A stretch of 64,000 nucleotides of DNA. Source: an uncultured Planctomycetaceae bacterium (lineage in GTDB: Bacteria > Planctomycetota > Planctomycetia > Planctomycetales > Planctomycetaceae). Both the position numbers and the translations under genes were made by a program. The stretch covers positions 1,024,001 through 1,088,000 of the forward strand of contig CAWFGE010000013.1 of assembly GCA_963815195.1 (NCBI GenBank), read 5' to 3'. Of this stretch, positions 58,179-64,000 are shown piece by piece. The notes under the pieces are model-generated. The model had not been told where the DNA came from. It made no database searches and saw only the letters and a list, made by a program, of their open reading frames with translations. Position 1 is the stretch's first letter. Each line of letters starts with the position of its first letter.

Positions 58179-58441
58179 TGAGCGGTAGGCGCTAGCCTCC
58201 GGTTTCGATCAAGCGACGTCCCCAACATCAAGACCGGCGGCTAGCGCCGTACCGCTCACTCCGGTTTTATGAGCGGTAGGCGCTAGCCTCCGGTTTCGAT
58301 CAAGCGACGTCCCCAACATCAAGACCGGCGGCTAGCGCCGTACCGCTCACTCCGGTTTTATGAGCGGTAGGCGCTAGCCTCCGGTTTCGATCAAGCGACG
58401 TCCCCAACATCAAGACCGGCGGCTAGCGCCGTACCGCTCAC
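58179..58441. repeat. Three identical tandem 91-nt REP doublets
   Basis: Units start at 58179, 58270 and 58361. Each reads TGAGCGGTAGGCGCTAGCCTCCGGT...ACCGGCGGCTAGCGCCGTACCGCTCA. Confidence 0.95.
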
Positions 58442-58462
58442 GTTTGCGGGTGAAACACGTTC

Positions 58463-60454
58463 TTAGCCGCTTTGGTTGATGAAGCGGGCGAAGATGTCGC
58501 GGTTGACGGCGGCGTTGTCGTCGTGGAAATACGAAGAGTGGGCACATTGGGGGCTGAACCATTTGATCGGCCCCAGGCCGTATTGCTGGCAGCCGACGGG
58601 GTAGAGGTTCAGAAACTCCTGGTCCACGTCGAAGGGGTTTCCAGCGAGCGGGCCGCCCACGGCGTCGCATTGGGCGTCGAGATTGATCCACTCCACGACG
58701 TGCCGGGGTTTTCGGCCGTCGCGGAACGGCTCGTACAGCCATTTCTTCACTGGCCAGATGGAAAGGGCGCTGCCCACCGTGAACAGGTTCAGCACCCGCC
58801 CGTTCAAGAGAGCATCGTCGAGTTCCCGCAGCCCTTCGTAAGCCACGACCGTCCCCCAACTGTGGCTGATGATGTCCAGCCGGGCGCCGGCTTCTAAATG
58901 AGGCCGGACCACGCTGTGAAACCGGTCGAGGATTTGCCGGCGGGTATGGGGCTGCGTGAGATAGCGGGAAAAATCATCGGCACAACCCAAGCCGGGGATG
59001 CTCAATGCGCCGCGAGCCATGGCCTCCCGCGGCATGGCTTGGGGCACGGCATCTCGCTGCAAGGGGCCCGCCCCTTCGACGATCGCGCGTTCGCTCCGGT
59101 CTTGGAGAACCGCCTTGATCTCCGCCGCCACCTGGGCCGCCCGCTGGTCCTCCGCCCGCGAGCCGGCTTCCATCACCGCCCGATCATTGACGATGTCGCT
59201 CCAGTTGACTTCGTGCCGCTGGTGTTCCAGTTCATTTCGCAGCGGCAACGAGAGATAGGGACTCATCGCCTTCCACCACGGGTCCGAATAATGCGGCAGA
59301 TGCTCGCAAATCCCGTGCACATACACCAGATGCCGCTCGGCACCGCGCTCTGCCGCGGCCAGCGGCGCGCGGCCGGAACGAAAATAGCCGATCAATTCCT
59401 GCAGGAGTTGAATCAGCAATTCGTCCTTGGTCCCCGCAGGCTCCGCGCCGTTTGAGGGCGGCGACGGAGGCCGCGACGTGGATTCCTTAAACCGGAACAG
59501 CGGCCCTTGGGTGCCCGCGGGCTCCAACTGCGGCACTTGGGAGAAGGAATTGGACTGCATCCAATCTCGCACGGCCTTGATGAGTTGCTGGTGCCCGACA
59601 TCGCTTCCCTGGCTCTTCACCAAAGTGCAGAATCCGTGCGTGAAGGCCCCGCGGTAGGTTCCGCCGATATGGGCGTCGGCGCTGGTTTGATCGTTCCGGC
59701 AGCCCGCGAGCAGGACATGCTTCATTTCCTTTTCCGCATGCTCGCCCCGGACTTCCCCCGAATAAAATGCGCTGCGGACCGTCGCCTTTTTCGCGCGCTC
59801 GCGGATTTCGGGCGGCGGTTCCACAAAGCGGGCCAACACGGTTTGCCGCTCCGCGTCTTCTTGTTCTTCTTCGGTGTCCGTGGAAGCCAGCGACAACGCC
59901 CGCAGACCCGCCTCGCCGCCGCCGGCCCGCGCGTGGGTGTCGCGAATAATCTCCAGTGGCAGCTTCTCCGCCACCAACTCGGCCGAACGCAGCGAACCCG
60001 GCGGCACGAGGACCCGCGTGCCGGTGCCGGAATGGCAGGAATCCAAAATCACGGTGAGCAAGACGCCTTCCGGGACTTCGTGCGTCATTTCCCACAACTC
60101 ATCGTCCAGCAGATAGCTTTCCGCATCGTCCCAGTCCATGTCGTAGAGACACAAGAGTTCGTCCCGGTGGTCGTCTTCCTCGTCGCCGTCCTGATCGACG
60201 GTGTAAGAGCCGTGGCCGGAAAAGTGAAACACGAGCCGATCGCCGGGCTTGGCCCCGCGCAACAACCATTTCCAGCCGCTTTTGATCTCGTCCTTTGTGA
60301 CGCGGTTGTCGGTCCGCGTGCGAATGTTGGTCTTCGAGAAGCCGAACTCCTCCACGAGCAGCGATTCCATTTCCGCCACATCGTTCACGCAGCCACGCAG
60401 GTCGCTCACGTATTTGTAGTTGTTAATTCCATTGAGGAATGCCTTGTCGGTCAT
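58463..60454 (-). CDS. Caspase-family (C14, metacaspase-like) protease fused to a C-terminal alpha/beta-hydrolase domain
   Basis: GINNY, LRGCVND, HFSGHG (His), DSCHSG (Cys) and SQVPQL motifs; then VYVHGI, ISHSWG, FTVGS, D.V and HSSY. Confidence 0.9.
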   Translation of the reverse strand: MTDKAFLNGINNYKYVSDLRGCVNDVAEMESLLVEEFGFSKTNIRTRTDNRVTKDEIKSGWKWLLRGAKPGDRLVFHFSGHGSYTVDQDGDEEDDHRDELLCLYDMDWDDAESYLLDDELWEMTHEVPEGVLLTVILDSCHSGTGTRVLVPPGSLRSAELVAEKLPLEIIRDTHARAGGGEAGLRALSLASTDTEEEQEDAERQTVLARFVEPPPEIRERAKKATVRSAFYSGEVRGEHAEKEMKHVLLAGCRNDQTSADAHIGGTYRGAFTHGFCTLVKSQGSDVGHQQLIKAVRDWMQSNSFSQVPQLEPAGTQGPLFRFKESTSRPPSPPSNGAEPAGTKDELLIQLLQELIGYFRSGRAPLAAAERGAERHLVYVHGICEHLPHYSDPWWKAMSPYLSLPLRNELEHQRHEVNWSDIVNDRAVMEAGSRAEDQRAAQVAAEIKAVLQDRSERAIVEGAGPLQRDAVPQAMPREAMARGALSIPGLGCADDFSRYLTQPHTRRQILDRFHSVVRPHLEAGARLDIISHSWGTVVAYEGLRELDDALLNGRVLNLFTVGSALSIWPVKKWLYEPFRDGRKPRHVVEWINLDAQCDAVGGPLAGNPFDVDQEFLNLYPVGCQQYGLGPIKWFSPQCAHSSYFHDDNAAVNRDIFARFINQSG

Positions 60455-60580
60455 GGGAATCGCCTTTCTTTCAGGGTGAAGTATCGAAGACAGGTTTATT
60501 GATCGGTTCGCTCTGATGAAAACCGGGGCTAGCGCCCTTCGGCTGATTTTTCGATACGAGGCCGACTCACCGGACACCGC

Positions 60581-62611
60581 CTAAACCGATTGCAGTGCCC
60601 GAAGGATGTCGAGCATTCCATGCCCTTGGAAGTATTTCTCCCGGCCCAGGTCGGTGGCCGTTTCGCAGAGGATTTTCTTGATGATCTCGGGCTTGCCGAT
60701 GAACTCCGGATAGCGGGCCATCAACAAAGCCGCGGCCCCGCTGACGTGCGGGGCCGCCATGCTGGTCCCATCTTGCAGCAATTGCCGCTTCCCCGGGATG
60801 CAGGAGTTGATCTTCTCGCCCGGAGCGACCAGGTCGGGTTTCAAGCGGCCGTCGCCAGTGGGACCGCGGCTCGAAAAATAACTCACGCCGTAAGTGTGCG
60901 GGCGATGGCGATGGGTCGAACCGACGGTGATCACCGCATCGGCGTTGCCGGGGTCGGTGATGGACACCGTCCGAAACGCGGGCAGCGGATGGTAGCTGTC
61001 TTCGGCCTGGTAGCCGTCGTTGCCGGCCGCCGCCACCACGACAATCCCCTCGCCCACCAGCCGCGCGCACTCGTTGCAGACGGGCGTGCTGCCGCAGGCG
61101 TAATTGGCGACTTCGTGCTTGATCGACAGGCTCAGATTCACCCCGTGCACCTTGCGGACGGTGCTCTCGCCGTTTAAGTGCCGAAGAAATTGGAGTGCCG
61201 CCATCACGGTGAACTCATCGCCGCCCCCATGCTGGTCGAACACCCGCAGATCCAGCAGGTTGAGATCGGGGCAAATGCCCTGGAGGACCACGTCTCTATT
61301 TTCCCGCCAATCGCCGGCGAGAATGCCCGAAACGTGCGTGCCGTGGCCGCCGTTGGGGACGGGGTAGTGCTCATCGTAAGCCACTTGAATCAAAGGCCGC
61401 ACGAGGTCCCAATCCAACGTCCGACCGCTTTGCAAACTTTCGCGAAGCGCATCGCGGATTTCCGGATGCGTTTTCAGCCGCTGTTTGAGGTCTTCGGGAA
61501 AGTTCGATTGGTCTTCCTGATCCAAGGACAAGAGCGCGCGGATTTGTCCGAAATCATAAGTCGCCCGGACGCGGGATCGCTCCGGCCAGTCCATCGCGTC
61601 CAGTGTCTCTTCGTCCGCCGCGAGCGGGGCGTGGCGATAAAACGCCGGGTGCGTGGCATCGATTCCGTTGTCCACAACCGCCCAGGTCAACGGTTCGCAG
61701 CAGACCGCGAACAACCGGCGGGCGGCATCCGCCTTCACGGCCATCGCGGAATACTTGACCGCCGACTCCACGGAGCGGTTCAAACTCACCTGGGCGATTT
61801 TGGGGAGTTCCTTTTGATTGGGCGTGACGTCGATGTCCGTCAACAGACGGGCCGTAGCCTGGGCAATTTTTTCGTAATAAGCGACGCACCGCTGAAACAG
61901 CTCTTCGGTGGTTTCGCCCGTCTGACGCACCGGCGGCGGCCAGAGCCGATCGAACGCGTTCTGCCGCGACCGGACCGTCTTCTTGGCATAGACCGTCCAG
62001 TGCAGCTCGGCGATGGTGCCGATGACCCTCGCCATCCATAACACATCGTAGGAGACCTCGTGCCGGCGGTTGATCCCCAGGTCGATTTCCGCGAGCCATT
62101 CCGCCAGGTTGTGTTGGCCTTCGCCTGTATGAATCAAGTCGGCATCACGCCCCAAGGGCCCGCGGATTTCCTGTTGCCAGCGCTCGGTTTGAGGCAAGAC
62201 GACGCGGACGAGTTCGTCAAAGTCCATCCGGGCGGTGACGGCGAAGTGATGGCACGCCAACTCGCGGGGGCGGTCCTCCGAACGCGGCCAATCGGGATGC
62301 CGGGCCCGGTCGCTGTTTAACGCCTCGCGGAGATAGGCCGCCAATTGAAACGCCGCCGGCGCGCCGATTTCCGACTGGTCGGGAGTGATCAGCAAATCGA
62401 CCATCCGGCGGGGAACGGCCGGTTTTCCCGGCAGCGACGTTTTCGGGGCTTGCTCGGCGTAGGCCATCCACACGTCCGACAGTACGGGAAAGTCCTGCGT
62501 AAACCGCGTCGCCGGCCCGCTGGCATAAAGCAGGTTTCGGAGATCTTCACGACTCAACATGCAAACGCACCATCCGGGAGAAAAACCGCGCGAAGAAGAT
62601 CCATCTGCCAC
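60581..62611 (-). CDS. S8 (subtilase) serine protease with a long N-terminal extension
   Basis: VVDNGID (Asp), HGTHVSG (His), AAGN, KPDLVAPG and GTSMAAPHV (Ser) motifs. Confidence 0.93.
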   Translation of the reverse strand: MADGSSSRGFSPGWCVCMLSREDLRNLLYASGPATRFTQDFPVLSDVWMAYAEQAPKTSLPGKPAVPRRMVDLLITPDQSEIGAPAAFQLAAYLREALNSDRARHPDWPRSEDRPRELACHHFAVTARMDFDELVRVVLPQTERWQQEIRGPLGRDADLIHTGEGQHNLAEWLAEIDLGINRRHEVSYDVLWMARVIGTIAELHWTVYAKKTVRSRQNAFDRLWPPPVRQTGETTEELFQRCVAYYEKIAQATARLLTDIDVTPNQKELPKIAQVSLNRSVESAVKYSAMAVKADAARRLFAVCCEPLTWAVVDNGIDATHPAFYRHAPLAADEETLDAMDWPERSRVRATYDFGQIRALLSLDQEDQSNFPEDLKQRLKTHPEIRDALRESLQSGRTLDWDLVRPLIQVAYDEHYPVPNGGHGTHVSGILAGDWRENRDVVLQGICPDLNLLDLRVFDQHGGGDEFTVMAALQFLRHLNGESTVRKVHGVNLSLSIKHEVANYACGSTPVCNECARLVGEGIVVVAAAGNDGYQAEDSYHPLPAFRTVSITDPGNADAVITVGSTHRHRPHTYGVSYFSSRGPTGDGRLKPDLVAPGEKINSCIPGKRQLLQDGTSMAAPHVSGAAALLMARYPEFIGKPEIIKKILCETATDLGREKYFQGHGMLDILRALQSV

Positions 62612-62715
62612 CCGCGCAGAACTTCTCCGCGAGTACAGGAATAACGATTGTTGATTGATGTCTAGCGAGGGGTAAACGAGCGGGGACTCGCGTACTTCTC
62701 AGGAGGACTCCGGCG

Positions 62716-64000
62716 TCAGTGTCCGCCTAAGCCGGTGTCGCGATCCGTCCGCGGCTTTTCAGTCTTTTCTGGAGTTGCCTTCGTGTCGCCGTCGTTGTTT
62801 CCATTTTGTTCGTGGCTTTTTCCATTGTGACCCCCGGCTGGTCCAGGATGTTGCTGTTTAAGGAATTCTTTGATGTCTCTCTGTCGGAAAAACTTTTTGA
62901 CTTCTTTTACCTGTCGTCCATATTGGTCGAGGATTTTGCAGAGAAACCCTTTGATGTCGACATCCTCTTCCCGGCGGAAGTGTTCAATCAACATCATGCA
63001 TAATTGCCGGCGTTCGCCGCGCGTCAGCCGGTTGCTTTTTGGAGTTTCCGCGAGGCTTTCCATATAGTTGGCGATGACGAAACAAACCGACATGCGAAGC
63101 TGCGGGTCTTCCTGATTCAGCCCGTCTTGGAGCGCGTGCAGCTTTTCACAAAACGGCACCGCTTGGTCAAGCAGTTCCCGGATCCCGTCGACATAAGCCT
63201 CCGGATCCGGTTCCGGAGCGGGCGCGGGGCCGGCCGGTTGGGGTTGGCCTTGCGCTCCGCCCGCGCGATCGCCTTTTGGGGCTTCTTCCGAAACGGTCGG
63301 ACGCCAATACGCCAGCCAGGGGGAAATCAACTCGCGTCCGCATGTTTGATCCTGCTCGGCAGCCTGAATGGCGGACGCTTTGAACAAGTGCTCCCAAACC
63401 TCCTCGCCGATGTGCTCGCCCAATCGGCGATAGCTCTCGAACTTATGCGAATCGAAAAACTGATCGTACGTCGGATCGTGCGGGAACACGGGATTGTCAT
63501 TGCGGTATTGCACCACGTCGGCCGGTTCGTCCCCGTCAAACGACGGCTTGACGTAAATCAAATAGCCAATCTCCGAATCTGCGAGTCCCGCCTCGTCGGA
63601 GAAGCGGTCCTTCGGATAATGAATCGCCGCGACCACGTAATGCGAGCGCAAGGCCCTTTTTGCGGCCTTCCTTTTTGTGCTGGAGCAGTTCCAAGGGAAT
63701 TCGATTGCGATCAAACGGGTTCGGACCGGCGGACGTCGCGGCATCCTGGCTGGGTTTAAAACGAACCCCGGAAAACACTCGGCCGAATTCCGTCCGCTGA
63801 TTCTCCACGAGCGCCAAGAGGTCGTGGAAATGGCAGTCTTCATCCTGGCTGGCATCCACGGCGATAATCACCCGGCAGCGCCGGTGCATCAGGCTCGCGA
63901 TTCCCGTGTTGTCCGCGAGGCCGCCGTCCGTCACAAAACAGTAGTTGTAATATCTGGGATCGCGGAGCAGCATGTCTCTCAGCAAAGGCAGCGGCGCGGG
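62716..64000 (-). CDS. Patatin/cPLA2-like phospholipase, C-terminal part (frameshift at about 63660; N-terminus outside the window)
   Basis: VTDGGLADNTGI..L..RRCRVIIAVDAS in one frame; IHY, LIYVKPS, Y...NP.FPHDPT.DQFF...KFESYRRLG in the next; helical C-terminal tail. Confidence 0.75.

Noticed and set aside
58179..58441. Possible CRISPR array
   Set aside because: Interiors are identical and the arms belong to a dispersed REP family.

Overview
GC-rich bacterial chromosome segment, most likely Planctomycetota (inferred from a DUF1549/DUF1553 protein, a sulfatase, the DUF447+mptG methanopterin genes and many REP-like palindromes). Most of the window is housekeeping: rpe, gap, a 2-hydroxyacid dehydrogenase, ppdK, PNP, cax, rhomboid, gcvT, sdhCAB, yacG, an AlgI/AlgJ pair, ispG, mraZ, a GspE/PilB ATPase, htrA and leuA. 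About nine genes carry single-base frameshifts that are probably assembly errors. Highlights: (1) an internally deleted IS110 element (31041-32397) inserted at a CT core inside a REP hairpin. Its non-coding end contains a readable bridge-RNA-like structure whose four guide segments match its own target site and circle junction, and the junction would form a TTGAAA-17-TAGGAT promoter. (2) A co-directional cluster of a patatin-like lipase, an S8 protease and a caspase::alpha/beta-hydrolase fusion at the right edge, a candidate protease-gated defence or cell-death system. (3) An EamA/DMT transporter fused in frame to a biotin ligase. (4) A complete leucine attenuator upstream of leuA. (5) Several MITE/REP families, including nested and tandemly amplified copies. 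No tRNA, rRNA or CRISPR array was seen. All family assignments come from motif recognition only; no searches were run.
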